Below, piece after piece: positions 19,801 through 28,210 of a stretch of DNA of 64,000 bases. A program made the translations under genes and the position numbers. Numbering within the stretch: the first letter of the stretch is position 1; every line of letters begins with the position of its first letter. Origin of the DNA: Escherichia phage RudolfBernhard_Bas96; the sequence record PQ850623.1; one strand, written 5' to 3'. The notes under the pieces were generated by a model, which saw only the letters and a program-made list of their open reading frames with translations, had not been told where the DNA came from and did not search any database.

Positions 19801-22800
19801 CTAACCAAGTACTGGCTACCAACTTAGATGACCGTATGCGTGTGCCAATGAGCATCTATGCTCCTTCACAGGCAGGCGTTGCAGGTATTCCATTTATGAC
19901 CATTGGTACTGGTGATGGCATGATGATGCAGACCCTTTCTACTATGAAAGGTGCTCCGAAGAATACCCTGAAAATCTTTGATGGTATGAACATTGGTATC
20001 AATGACATCACTGATGCAAGCCGTAAAGCTAATGAGGCTGTATATACTTCCTGGCAGGGCAACCCTATTAAGAACGTGTATGACTCCTTCTCTAAGTTCA
20101 TGAAGAACGTAGACTTTAATAAGTTGTCAGATAAGACAATTGATGACATTGCCCGTTCTGCTTTAGATTTTGAACAGCTTTCTCATATCAGTCGTGTTGA
20201 GGGAGACAGGCAGTATAAGATTGATATGATTAAGAATTCCGGTGTTAACCTTATTGAACGTAACTTGCGTAACATTGCTCTGGGTGTAGATATTCGTCAC
20301 AAAGTAATGAACCAAGTACAGACCACTGTTGACCAGATGGCTGCTGTGGGTGCTCCTTATGTGAACAACGGTAAAATCTCTCTGGAAGGTCTGACTGTAG
20401 ACCAGCAAGTAGCTAAGCTGAACGAACTGTTCGATGCTGAATTAAACAAGCGTCGTGATGCAGTACGTGCTGCTAAAGCAGAACCAGTGAAAGAAGTACC
20501 AGTTATGGAACAAGTTGGTCGTGTACTTAAGTCTGGTGTACGTCTGTTATCTAATACTGCTATCACTAAGCTGGGTAAAGAGATGACCCCTGAACAACAA
20601 GCAGTATTGAAAGAAGTACAGAAATCCCTTGCTGCTAAAGACTACAAGGTTGTTTACGGTACTCCTGCTCAACTGGATGCTTACGCTATTGAGAAGAATA
20701 TTACTCGTCCTGCACCGGAAGATATTGAAGCTGCTGAAGCTGGTAATGCGTATGGCTGGACTAACTTTGATGATAAGACCATCTACTTAGTTACCCCTTC
20801 TTTAGAGACTCTGGTTCACGAACTGGTACATGCTTCTACTTTTGAATCTGTACTGGCTCACTATGAGGGTACTCCTAATGAAGCAGTCCAGAATATTGAA
20901 GACCTGATGAACCAGTTCCGTACTCTGGATGTTAAGAACGAATCCCCGGCAGTACGTGAAGCATATGCTGATGCACTCAATACCATTAATGGTCACTTGT
21001 CTAATGGCTTCATTGAACCAGCAATGGCTAAAGCTGCTGCACTGAATGAGTACATGGCATGGGGCTTAACCAACCGTGAACTGATTGGTAAGCAGAAGAA
21101 GACTACTGCACTGAAGACTATGGTTCAGTCTGTATATGAAGCAATTAAGCGTCTGGTATTTGGGCGTAAGAAAGCACCTGCTAATGCAGATGATATGTTC
21201 TCTGGCTTACTGTTTAACTCTTCAGTAGTTATGCGTGGACAGGCTCCTACGGCTGCTGTATCCAAGGACACTACCTTGTTTCATAACAAGGCATACGGTG
21301 ACAATACCCGTCTGGAAGAGTTGGGACAGACTTTTGATAAACTGATTACTAACTACATTGGTTCTGAACCAGTACAGCAAGTAATTCGTAAAGGTAAGTT
21401 CTCTGATGCAGTAGTGAATGCAACTAAAGTAACTCGTGATGTTCAGGCTCACGGCTTTACCATGAATATGCAGGAACAGCGACTGTTTACTAATATCGTT
21501 GCTGCTTTGGCTACTGAAGCTGCTATTAGCCCGGCTGCTCTTTCTCGTGCACAGGAATATTACGCACACGTCACCAAGAACCTGACCGTTGAAGCATTCA
21601 TGGCTGACCCGGATAGTACTAACCCTGCTGACCGTTATTATGCTCAGCAGAAGTTCGATACTATCATGGGGGCTAACAACATTGAGTTTGATGCACAGGG
21701 TCATTCTTCCTTACTGCCTACCTTTGTTGGTCTGGCAATGGTAAGTGAAGAGGTGCGTAACGTACTGGCTAACATTCCTGTTATGAAAGCAGATAAGAAA
21801 TCTGGTAATACCATTGATGCAATGCTGACTAACATCGGTACTGCTGCAATGTCTAGTCTGAATGCTCGTGTAGCTGGTGATACCAAAGCTACCAACGTAC
21901 AGGAAGGTATGGATGCACTGGCTCAGACAATCATGCAGACTAGCTTAAATGCACAGTCATTCTATGATTCCGTTGCTACACCTAGTGGTAATGCTATTGA
22001 CCGTGCTAATCAGTATCTGGTGGATTCTATTGATGTACTGTCTACTCGTGCTTTAGAAAGTGCCCGTGAAGTTGCAGCTAATACCAAGAATCCATTGGTT
22101 AAGGGTGCTGCTCATGCTGCACAACTGGTAGCTGCCATTGCTACAGAGAAGAATGGTGCAATCGTAGCCGAAGGTGTTATGGCTGCAATGAACCAGGGCA
22201 AGGTATGGCAACCTTTCCACGACTTGGTTAATGACTTAACCGGTCGTACTAAGAGTAATGCTTCTGTGTATGATTTGATTAAAGCAGTTCGTGCACAGGT
22301 ACAAGCAGACCGTCAGCAGTTCCGTGAACATCTGCCTACCACTATTGCATCTAAGTTCAGCCGTAAGCTGACTAATGATGAGTGGAAAGCAATGTACACT
22401 GGTATGGGTAAAACTGACTTAGCTGTTCTGCGTGACACCATGTCTCTGGCTGAAATCCGTGACCTACTGTCTGACCAAAAGATCGTTGACCGTGAAGTGA
22501 ATAAGCTGGAAGCAGATTTGCAGAAGCAAGCTGGTCGTAACTGGCCTCTTATTAGCCGTAAATCTAAGCAACTGGCTCAGTACATGATTAACGGTACAGT
22601 CGGCAATAACCTGCTGCGTAATGCTACTGCAATCTCTCGTATGCTGGGTGAACGTCAGGCTGCTCGCTCTACTGTAGATGTAGCTCAACTGGATAAACTG
22701 ATTACCCTGTATGCACTGGAAGCAATGAATAAGTCTGACCGTGAGATGTTATCTTCACTGGCTCAGGCAGAAGTTGATGGAATGGACTTTGCTACTTCTT

Positions 22801-24620
22801 ACCTGGTTGGTCAGCGTAAAGATGAAATGGCTAAAGCCAAGTCTGATATGCGTGCAACCCTGAACCAGTACAAAGGGCATATCCCTAGTGAGACTAAACA
22901 GAGTGTTAATCTGATTGTTGCTGAAGATAGTCAGTTTGCTGATTTGATTGAGAAGTCCTATGTACGTCTGGGTACTTATCAAGGTAGCTCTGCTAATCGT
23001 GGTCCGGCACGTAGTTACTACTTTGCACCAGTACAGGCACAGGCTCCTTTCTCACAGGGTATCCTACAGAACGTTCGTAATACTGCTGGTGGTGTAGACC
23101 TCGGCACAGGCTTTACGATGGGTTCGATGGTAGCTGGTCGTATTACTGACAAGCCTTCCGTAGACCGTATTACTAAAGCACTGGCTCGTGGTGAACGTGG
23201 TAATGAACCACTGCTGCCTGTGTATGATGACAAAGGTAATGTAGTTGCTTATGAGCAATCTATTGACCCCAACATGCTGAAGCACATTGAAGGTGAAAAC
23301 CACCTTGCCCGTGCAATTGGTGTATGGCGTGGTCGTCAGGTGGAAGAAGCTAAGGCTCAGCGTTTCAACGATATGCTGATTGAGAACCTGCATAGCATGT
23401 ATGAGAATGACATTAAGATGTCTGCCTCTAACAAGTCCCAGTATGTGAACCTTCTTGGTTCTAAACTGGATCCAGTAACTGCTGATGCTCTTAAGCTAAT
23501 GAACAGTGAAACCCGTCAGAAAGCAGAAAGTCTGTTTGGTGAGGGTGAACTGTGGGTACGTCGTGACATGCTGAATGATGCACTTGGTTATCGTGCAGCT
23601 TCTGTTGGTGATGCCTGGTCTGGTAATTCTCGTTGGTCCCCGGAAACTCTGGATACTTTCAAGAAAGCTATGCTGGGTGTATTTGGCAACCGTGCTTATA
23701 AGTACACAATGGGTGGAGAGAACCTGGTTCAAAACTTAGTTAAAGAAGCCAAGACTCTGATTGTAGTTAAGTCAGTAGTCGTACCTGCTGTTAACTTCTT
23801 GGCTAACCTTTACCAGATGGTTGCTCGTGGTGTACCGGTTAAGAACATTGCTAAGAGCATTCCACAGAAGACTGCTGAGATTAACCAGTACCTTAAATCT
23901 CGTCTGCGTCAGGTAGATGCAGAAGCAGAATTACGTGCAGCTACTAACCCGAACCAGATTCGTAAACTTAAGGCTGAGATTCAGTCCATTACTGATAGTC
24001 ATAAGCGTATGAGTATCTGGCCTCTGTTAGAAGCCGGTGAGTTCTCTTCTATTGCAGATGCTGGCATCGGTCGTGATGACATCCTGATTACTGAGGGCAA
24101 ACTTCATGAATACATGGAAAAACTGGCTGATAAGTTACCTAAGTCTGTACGTACTGCCGGACGCTATGCACTTATCACTAAAGATACTGCTCTGTTCCAG
24201 GGTATCCAGAAGACAGTTGAGTACTCTGACTTTATCGCTAAAGCAATCATCTATGATGAACTGACTCAGCGTAAAGGTAAGACTCGTGAAGAAGCACTTG
24301 GACGTGTAACGGAAGAGTTTGTTAACTATGACCGTCTGCCGGGTCGCTTCCGTGGGTATATGGAAAGTGTTGGTTTAATGTGGTTCTACAACTTTAAGAT
24401 TCGTTCAGCTAAGGTTGCAGTGTCCATGATTCGTAATAACCCGGTACACGCAGCAATGGCTATGTTGGCTCCAACCCCTACCATGTTTGGTAACGTTGGT
24501 CTGCCTATTCAAGACAACATCTTTAGCATTGCTGCTAAAGGTAGTCTGGATTACTCATGGGGCTTTGGTCAGGGGCTTCGTGCACACAACCTGAACCCTT
24601 GGATGAACCTGGTAAACTAA
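13821..24620 (+). CDS. Virion-encapsidated RNA polymerase (vRNAP, N4 gp50-like)
   Basis: Single 3599-aa ORF (track begins at TTG 13803; ATG 13821 follows AGGAAA RBS); central region has a T7-like motif B (KRGIAKNPLTITIYGSGARG); size is diagnostic of N4-like phages. Confidence 0.85.
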   Translation: MSTFDRLAGFADSITNAKQVDVSTATSQKQAAQGQSPFQLTPENAYNLQTGRVGNLGIGAFEPGSLQADFTQASPLEIINKYGNEQGLQILNSRANAADVVRQDLSKQRTNAEAFGDTLSGVGLGVANTLGGIAALGTGLVNDNAGASIASGMDWLNEGVHNLQSDALNATRKVVQNQNQISAQKNQKLYEQDIKNGESDLVASLSRIGRDAFDSVANTLDNGMAVSDGLSEGVGSLFTGGPLIRGVSALGKVMVGGDKAVKGITLAAGLGSRPAQVALSAGRVAAPAIAIGGMEAGGAYQQTASEIMKMSHQELASKSPVYQQHIADGLSPDEARRQAASETGIIAAGLTAPVAAATGPLVSRFELNPLKVGSLAGAGSNMLRETVEEGIQSGFGQFAQNTAIKGNVDASRDTLKGVGEQAGLGALYGFGSAGVAQAPGATVKAVGASAGPALRTTLAGASLVGKTLAKAASPLTNILVQRGEEVAKRNEQASPVADATVNAAAQEAAAQAEQAQATVQEAVDAMDITPEEKAAATQYAADLTQAMKFDPVELEQANPVIREAVSGSTNRVEAIQKMADLVNTAEDPNVQMEAAIQMYDNIMSMDSFINRDPGALANLEQGSPAAAIVDQFSGLMANVQNTPKVLRAFRAIHSMIQEQAEAGKLKATEEANQAQANNIAMAADVSPEVLDADSVNMVLKHASEGKITLGNRQRAALQSAAALLQGAREFDAKAEELGLRPQDIVSKQIKTDESRSNEGQYSALQHAKRIRSAYNSGNFDLASAYLSDFMKFAQHMQNKVGALNEHLISGNADKNKSVHYQALSPSREWVRSRTGLGVNPYDTKSVKFAQQVGLEAKTVADIANALATAYPELNVSHVKVTPLDSRLDKPAAQVVKEFRQGGLDATQSQQTNEPVNQVDETPAPVQEDTTTVQPKAKPVVENKTAPTKETSPKTEEVSTTKPETVDATLTNEDTIEQPTESERDAYVKENTISQDTLNKYGDRRESPWLFADGTVVGSNGDHISLSDVFGHDGYRDMSLDTGAIRSTFYKGSEQPFVSLQLFDNQKLTAEQFNTVQSFVEANNAQILVGVDTSGRNTNNVEKDEVSLAQLKAGYTVGGKPLSEMETVFPVYNNEKTPNQFLKAFSLPEEPKSRTIGSESPLADIKQALSSAARFEAFTQKENNALTGDVLKRYQDLMDFGETLKTTLSERLAKFLANKNVGKRFAEGTEANRWVGGKLLNIVEKDGDTFKFNDQLLETAVLAGLQWRLTATQNAAIKDMKDVAAITGVEASLLPEGILAEFENAQTLVEATSSLAQKIESYWGLNRNPNAPLGYTKGIPVAMATEILSSLIEMGAVTETMLDVSEIDPDSNKTVGLYTINKLADKDPINNFPTAIEEAVLVNPEEKMYFGDDIPSVAQTQLRNPAVKNTPEQKAALKAEQATEFRVHMPMVNFYEALGRDNILELMGAGTLNPDLLNKNNAKSLEGKNLSVSMAYDSLFGLINQLKEQENGLDTPIHYGYNMTRVGRMQMLGKNNPQSSKLVREAILPTFSTIDLSNENSQAFSDFQLGLAQALGIKVHKMSREAMAEELTKALEGKLKPAVDMMVEFDKSGYLPTDAVDILKTSLGDNKSFVALMALMEYARYLNSDDRANFTTPLYVEADGVTNGPINAMVLMTGGKFTSDWIKNTAKGGLFFGRAGKTMNEHCSIDDNVDLYEASTNGLQFYLNELRTTYRNNIPVMSQMNHLQKLMDLFIKDFNLNEDGTLDLKRGIAKNPLTITIYGSGARGIAGKMVSAITDTIYERLSDVLQARAADPSISPAMAMFGKEAASEADAQAMLNTFLTSMEALTGKIPAKRKGKLFIKEVDGALTGELDPQEFTVSGDALKNLQENMLHFFVEPMRQSIRFTVGEGLMHSTENLQKATQIQSLVLQDMFQQAVQAKLAEKEKDPSWKKGDFLTQKELNEIQKSLSPLAPMIETGSQTFYIAGSENTDVANQVLATNLDDRMRVPMSIYAPSQAGVAGIPFMTIGTGDGMMMQTLSTMKGAPKNTLKIFDGMNIGINDITDASRKANEAVYTSWQGNPIKNVYDSFSKFMKNVDFNKLSDKTIDDIARSALDFEQLSHISRVEGDRQYKIDMIKNSGVNLIERNLRNIALGVDIRHKVMNQVQTTVDQMAAVGAPYVNNGKISLEGLTVDQQVAKLNELFDAELNKRRDAVRAAKAEPVKEVPVMEQVGRVLKSGVRLLSNTAITKLGKEMTPEQQAVLKEVQKSLAAKDYKVVYGTPAQLDAYAIEKNITRPAPEDIEAAEAGNAYGWTNFDDKTIYLVTPSLETLVHELVHASTFESVLAHYEGTPNEAVQNIEDLMNQFRTLDVKNESPAVREAYADALNTINGHLSNGFIEPAMAKAAALNEYMAWGLTNRELIGKQKKTTALKTMVQSVYEAIKRLVFGRKKAPANADDMFSGLLFNSSVVMRGQAPTAAVSKDTTLFHNKAYGDNTRLEELGQTFDKLITNYIGSEPVQQVIRKGKFSDAVVNATKVTRDVQAHGFTMNMQEQRLFTNIVAALATEAAISPAALSRAQEYYAHVTKNLTVEAFMADPDSTNPADRYYAQQKFDTIMGANNIEFDAQGHSSLLPTFVGLAMVSEEVRNVLANIPVMKADKKSGNTIDAMLTNIGTAAMSSLNARVAGDTKATNVQEGMDALAQTIMQTSLNAQSFYDSVATPSGNAIDRANQYLVDSIDVLSTRALESAREVAANTKNPLVKGAAHAAQLVAAIATEKNGAIVAEGVMAAMNQGKVWQPFHDLVNDLTGRTKSNASVYDLIKAVRAQVQADRQQFREHLPTTIASKFSRKLTNDEWKAMYTGMGKTDLAVLRDTMSLAEIRDLLSDQKIVDREVNKLEADLQKQAGRNWPLISRKSKQLAQYMINGTVGNNLLRNATAISRMLGERQAARSTVDVAQLDKLITLYALEAMNKSDREMLSSLAQAEVDGMDFATSYLVGQRKDEMAKAKSDMRATLNQYKGHIPSETKQSVNLIVAEDSQFADLIEKSYVRLGTYQGSSANRGPARSYYFAPVQAQAPFSQGILQNVRNTAGGVDLGTGFTMGSMVAGRITDKPSVDRITKALARGERGNEPLLPVYDDKGNVVAYEQSIDPNMLKHIEGENHLARAIGVWRGRQVEEAKAQRFNDMLIENLHSMYENDIKMSASNKSQYVNLLGSKLDPVTADALKLMNSETRQKAESLFGEGELWVRRDMLNDALGYRAASVGDAWSGNSRWSPETLDTFKKAMLGVFGNRAYKYTMGGENLVQNLVKEAKTLIVVKSVVVPAVNFLANLYQMVARGVPVKNIAKSIPQKTAEINQYLKSRLRQVDAEAELRAATNPNQIRKLKAEIQSITDSHKRMSIWPLLEAGEFSSIADAGIGRDDILITEGKLHEYMEKLADKLPKSVRTAGRYALITKDTALFQGIQKTVEYSDFIAKAIIYDELTQRKGKTREEALGRVTEEFVNYDRLPGRFRGYMESVGLMWFYNFKIRSAKVAVSMIRNNPVHAAMAMLAPTPTMFGNVGLPIQDNIFSIAAKGSLDYSWGFGQGLRAHNLNPWMNLVN

Positions 24621-24622
24621 AT

Positions 24623-24657
24623 TAAAAAAGCCCCTCAAATGAGGGGCTTCTATTTTA
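24623..24657. terminator. Bidirectional terminator between convergent late (+) and early/middle (-) units
   Basis: Stem AAGCCCCTC/GAGGGGCTT with AAAT loop, A-run on the left and T-rich run on the right. Confidence 0.7.
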
Positions 24658-24948
24658 CTTCTTAACTACAAGAATTTTTCGATCAGTTTTGATTACATAA
24701 TCAATATTGTTGGCTTCAAAATGAATATCTACAAAATCAGCGTGTACACTTTGATAAGTACCATTGTTTCTACGAATACCTAACTTCTTACAGAGAACCA
24801 TTGCAATTCCTGTATCTGGTACAGCAATCCAATTGTTACCATCAATTTGTACATCACAACCAAAGGTTAAACGATGCCTTGCCTTACGGTGTACATGCAA
24901 TCCACCAATACGCTTTGGTATAAGCTGCCCTTTCTTAAAGAGTTCCAT
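24655..24948 (-). CDS. Hypothetical protein
   Basis: 97-aa ORF, last gene of the leftward unit. Confidence 0.4.
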   Translation of the reverse strand: MELFKKGQLIPKRIGGLHVHRKARHRLTFGCDVQIDGNNWIAVPDTGIAMVLCKKLGIRRNNGTYQSVHADFVDIHFEANNIDYVIKTDRKILVVKK

Positions 24949-24956
24949 ATAGTTTC

Positions 24957-25484
24957 CTATAGAATTATCCAGTCATCTGCTAATACATCCGATTGGGATG
25001 GAACCCAAGGCATAAACTGGTCATCAGCAGTTTTGATGCCTAACCATGGGCGAGGCTTCAGTTCATCAGCAAATCTTGGACGTTCTAGACTACTGCTGTT
25101 CCATTCTTCAGCAGCAACGTACTCAATGTACATTCCCTTACCGTTCCAGCCTTTACGGGCTAGTTTGAAGCCTGCCTTAAGAATCTCTATGGCATGACCA
25201 AACGTGCAGCCTTTGTCCACATCGTGGTATGCAGCTTCAAATGCAGCCCTCGGTGACCAGCTAATATAACCACGGAATTGCTCATGGTTAGGTTTAGAAT
25301 CCGGGTATTCTACTAAGTAACCTACTTCTAATGGATCTTCATTAGCAGGCACATCCCATCCACGAAGTTTGCAATATGTTTCCTTGTTCATCCGGAATCC
25401 ATTTACACACTTGGTTCCAATGTAGTTGGTGAAGTGAACTTTAATTTCTTCTGACGTAACTACCTCAAATGATAAAGCCCTCAC
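24957..25484 (-). CDS. gp49-like N-terminal region fused to DUF2829 (Tad2-like) domain
   Basis: 175 aa with GTG start; C-terminal half has ARKGWNGKGMYIEY and PWVPSQSDVLADDW, the two DUF2829 signature blocks as I recall them; N-terminal half resembles the neighbouring 126-aa protein. Confidence 0.55.
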   Translation of the reverse strand: MRALSFEVVTSEEIKVHFTNYIGTKCVNGFRMNKETYCKLRGWDVPANEDPLEVGYLVEYPDSKPNHEQFRGYISWSPRAAFEAAYHDVDKGCTFGHAIEILKAGFKLARKGWNGKGMYIEYVAAEEWNSSSLERPRFADELKPRPWLGIKTADDQFMPWVPSQSDVLADDWIIL

Positions 25485-25575
25485 TAGGAGGGCTTATTTT
25501 GTTTTGGCTTCGTGAGCCTTACCACATGTCGGGTAGTTCAGTACCTTTCGGTAAAAACTACCTTACACTTGTTTA

Positions 25576-25956
25576 TTAAATGGTGCAACCACCACCATCA
25601 CAGGTATTGTTTTCTGCAAAGGAAGCCAGAGCCTTAGCAGTCTCCTCTTTCTCATGCAGTGCCTGACGTAGCAGGTAACCCTCTATTTCCCAAATCTTAT
25701 CGAATGCATTTTCATATGCATACTGACGGCCTTTCTGCTCATCATAGATGGCCGGGTCAACACAGGCAGATTCGCCTGTAACTTTGAAGCCGTTTTCCAG
25801 GATGATAACACAGTAGGTTGTCAGGCCCAGGTTAGCCAAATCGTCTGCCGGAAGTGCAGAAGGGTTAACGAAGGCAGACTTTACTGCATCAGCACCGTTG
25901 AAATAGTAGACGCTCTTAATCTTAGCTTCGATTGATTCTTTACTTACTGTTGCCAT
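25576..25956 (-). CDS. gp49-like family protein (hypothetical)
   Basis: 126 aa; shares motifs with the N-terminal half of 24957-25484 (CV..NGF...E..C); C-terminal CDGGGC. Confidence 0.4.
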   Translation of the reverse strand: MATVSKESIEAKIKSVYYFNGADAVKSAFVNPSALPADDLANLGLTTYCVIILENGFKVTGESACVDPAIYDEQKGRQYAYENAFDKIWEIEGYLLRQALHEKEETAKALASFAENNTCDGGGCTI

Positions 25957-26098
25957 TATTAGCCTCGTAGAGTGGTTTGAGTTTGTATTTAAACATGACT
26001 GCGTTGTTATAGGCTACGCTACCTGCAAACACCAAAGACTTACGTCCTCGGTTATCCGTTACCTCATAGGCATACGGGGTTAAAATTAGGTCAATCAT
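25940..26098 (-). CDS. Small hypothetical protein
   Basis: ORF track 25940-26125 starts at TTG; internal ATG at 26098; weak RBS. Confidence 0.25.
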   Translation of the reverse strand: MIDLILTPYAYEVTDNRGRKSLVFAGSVAYNNAVMFKYKLKPLYEANNGNSK

Positions 26099-26123
26099 AT
26101 AAATCGTCCAATGAGTAGTTCTC

Positions 26124-26161
26124 AAATAAAAAAGTCCCCCAGAGTGACGGCTCTGAGGGAC
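26124..26161 (-). terminator. Rho-independent terminator downstream of the tRNA-like cluster
   Basis: 11-bp stem GTCCCCCAGAG/CTCTGAGGGAC (one mismatch) followed on the - strand by TTTTTTATTT. Confidence 0.6.
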
Positions 26162-26410
26162 TTAGTACTATTTACCCATAGCTGGGAGGCTTGTATGAAC
26201 TTTATGAGTACCAGGTTCAGGTACGCTTAACTGGTGTGCTACTTGGATTGATAGTCCACTCATATCGCTCAGGCTAGGATTTAAGGAGTTCCTATTCTCC
26301 AGCGAAATTCCCGTCGAGGGGAATAACAATACATTAGCAGCCACTGGACTGTCTTACCAGTGTTGTCTTTAGAGTGCTATGCAATCAGGACTATGTTACT
26401 GCTGAATGGG

Positions 26411-26495
26411 TGTCCACTACTGGATTTGAACCAGTGACCCCAGACACCTTGTTCTCTCGAAGCTTTCCTGTGCTCTACCACTGAGCTAAGTGGAC
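26411..26495 (-). tRNA. tRNA-like gene, about 85 nt, isotype unassigned
   Basis: Minus strand reads acceptor GTCCACT/AGTGGAC, canonical D-arm GCTC-AGTGGTA-GAGC and T-arm ACTGG-TTCAAAT-CCAGT; the 35 nt between them did not fold into a standard anticodon arm by eye. Confidence 0.45.
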
Positions 26496-26994
26496 ATAAT
26501 AGAATGAGCTGGGGCAGGATACCTACCCCATCCAACCAAGTTACTCTGTATCTGAAGAACTATATTAAGTAGTTCATTTTACAGCAATAAGTAATTAGCT
26601 ACTGCTTAACCAGGATGATTAGACGTGCTCATATTGGGTGAGTCATGCCAGGCTCTAACTGGCTCCTTCTTCGCAATCCTTACATACCCCTACATAATTA
26701 TTGCGTTAAGCTTTTTTGTTTAAGTTTAAGTGAAGGCGTTCTTGCTGACTCATAATTGGGTGGGCGTTTGACGAATGACTAGTTCGTTACTACCCGTTTG
26801 CCATAAGTACCTGGCGACTATGGTTTGAGATGGGAGTCCGAGTCCTGTACAGCCTTACCGTCTCCACATTGGCAGCGTATCTAGAATAGCACTTCCGGGT
26901 ACGGATTTAACTGTTACATCTCAAATATGGTAGGGGCGTCCAGAGGTTTCATCTGGTACTTACGCCGTCGTATTTACGACTTACCCCCATTGTT

Positions 26995-27075
26995 TGGTTG
27001 CAGGTGGAGGAGTTGAACCTCACTTCACATACAGATTGGGAAACCTGTAGCATAACCGTATGCTCACCCACAATA
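26995..27075 (-). tRNA. tRNA-like element (3' half convincing, 5' boundary uncertain)
   Basis: Minus strand ends ...GAGG-TTCAACT-CCTCC-ACCTGCA-A-CCA (T-arm, acceptor 3' strand, discriminator, encoded CCA); no complementary 5' acceptor found at the expected distance. Confidence 0.3.
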
Positions 27076-27200
27076 ATTCTTCCAATTCAGAGTAGCACTG
27101 TTGCAGTCGTCACTGCCCATAGGTGAGGACTCGAACCTCACAATACCGTATGGCTAACGTCGCTGAACCTTTTCGCGTTCTATGCAGTGCTACTTTGAAT

Positions 27201-27285
27201 TGGTTACCAGTGAAGGATTCGAACCTCCGGTTGGAGTCTATAGCTTACCGCAGCAGCCCTCCAATCTAGCGGTGTCACACTTAGT
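27201..27285 (-). tRNA. tRNA-like element (3' half convincing, 5' boundary uncertain)
   Basis: Minus strand ends GGAGG-TTCGAAT-CCTTC-ACTGGTA-A-CCA; the only perfect 5' acceptor complement (TACCAGT) lies 124 nt upstream. Confidence 0.3.
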
Positions 27286-27326
27286 CCAAACTTGAACATG
27301 CCAAGCCATCTCGTGCAACTGGTAAT

Positions 27327-27405
27327 TGGTTCCGGCGTCTGGACTCGAACCAGAACACTCATGCCGGGCACGACACTAGTACCTACACCGGAATAGTTGC
27401 CAGGG
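27327..27405 (-). tRNA. tRNA-like element (3' half convincing, 5' boundary uncertain)
   Basis: Minus strand ends TCTGG-TTCGAGT-CCAGA-CGCCGGA-A-CCA; nearest acceptor complement (TCCGGTG) gives only 66 nt. Confidence 0.3.
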
Positions 27406-28210
27406 ATTCCACCTGGCTCTATCTGTTTTTATAGTCACTCAGATATTGTCTGGACTTTGACCATCTGGGGATTCGAACCCTCATCTCGGTGGCCAACCGT
27501 GCATTTGCCTCATGCTACTCTGGTCATAGTTGGCCCCCGTTTCTAATACATGGACGGGGGAACTCCACGGTCGTTTGATAATCAGGACGACTCACTCCTG
27601 ACTGAGGTTACGCTGTTAGGCGACCATCAGATACGCTTCTTCGTTTGCATTTATGTTATTGGTTCGTTTCTAAAAAACCGCATAATCGCTACGAAAACTA
27701 TCGGAGAGTGTACTAACTCTGGGCCACGCTTTTGTGGACATCGGCCTACCTTCCACAGCTAATCAGCTAATACACTCACCGATAGCCCGTAATAGGGGGG
27801 AGGGGACGAATCCTCCCTTTATACCCTATATTGCATGTAAGACCTAACAATTCGATGTTGTAGACGGATAGGCTTATGCTTACCGGCATTAAACTCCCGC
27901 CCCCTTAGTGGGCTGGGTTAATTAGTATACTCAACATTGAGCAGTTAGTTTGATAAGGGATCTGAAGCCTTATCCCAAAGATACCAACCTTTGGGATATA
28001 GCCTAAGATTCAGAAATGGCCCCTATAGGAGAGGCCATTGATTAACCCGAATGTTGCTTTACATTTTCTGTGATAACCGGTTCTTAAAATAGTCTGTCTG
28101 ACGGATGGGGGGCCACCCCTAGCGTCAGTGCCATACGGCAAAGATTAAGTTAAGAAAGGTTATGATAGGAGTTCCTATCTCAAAGGATTCTGACAGAACC
28201 CTTCACGATA

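Noticed and set aside
25476-25504. + strand hairpin plus T run (AGCCCTC/GAGGGCT, then TATTTTGTTTT) read as a + strand terminator
   Set aside because: No + strand gene lies upstream; it overlaps the GTG start of the - strand gp49-like gene, so it is more likely a translation-regulatory or promoter-proximal structure. Function unresolved.
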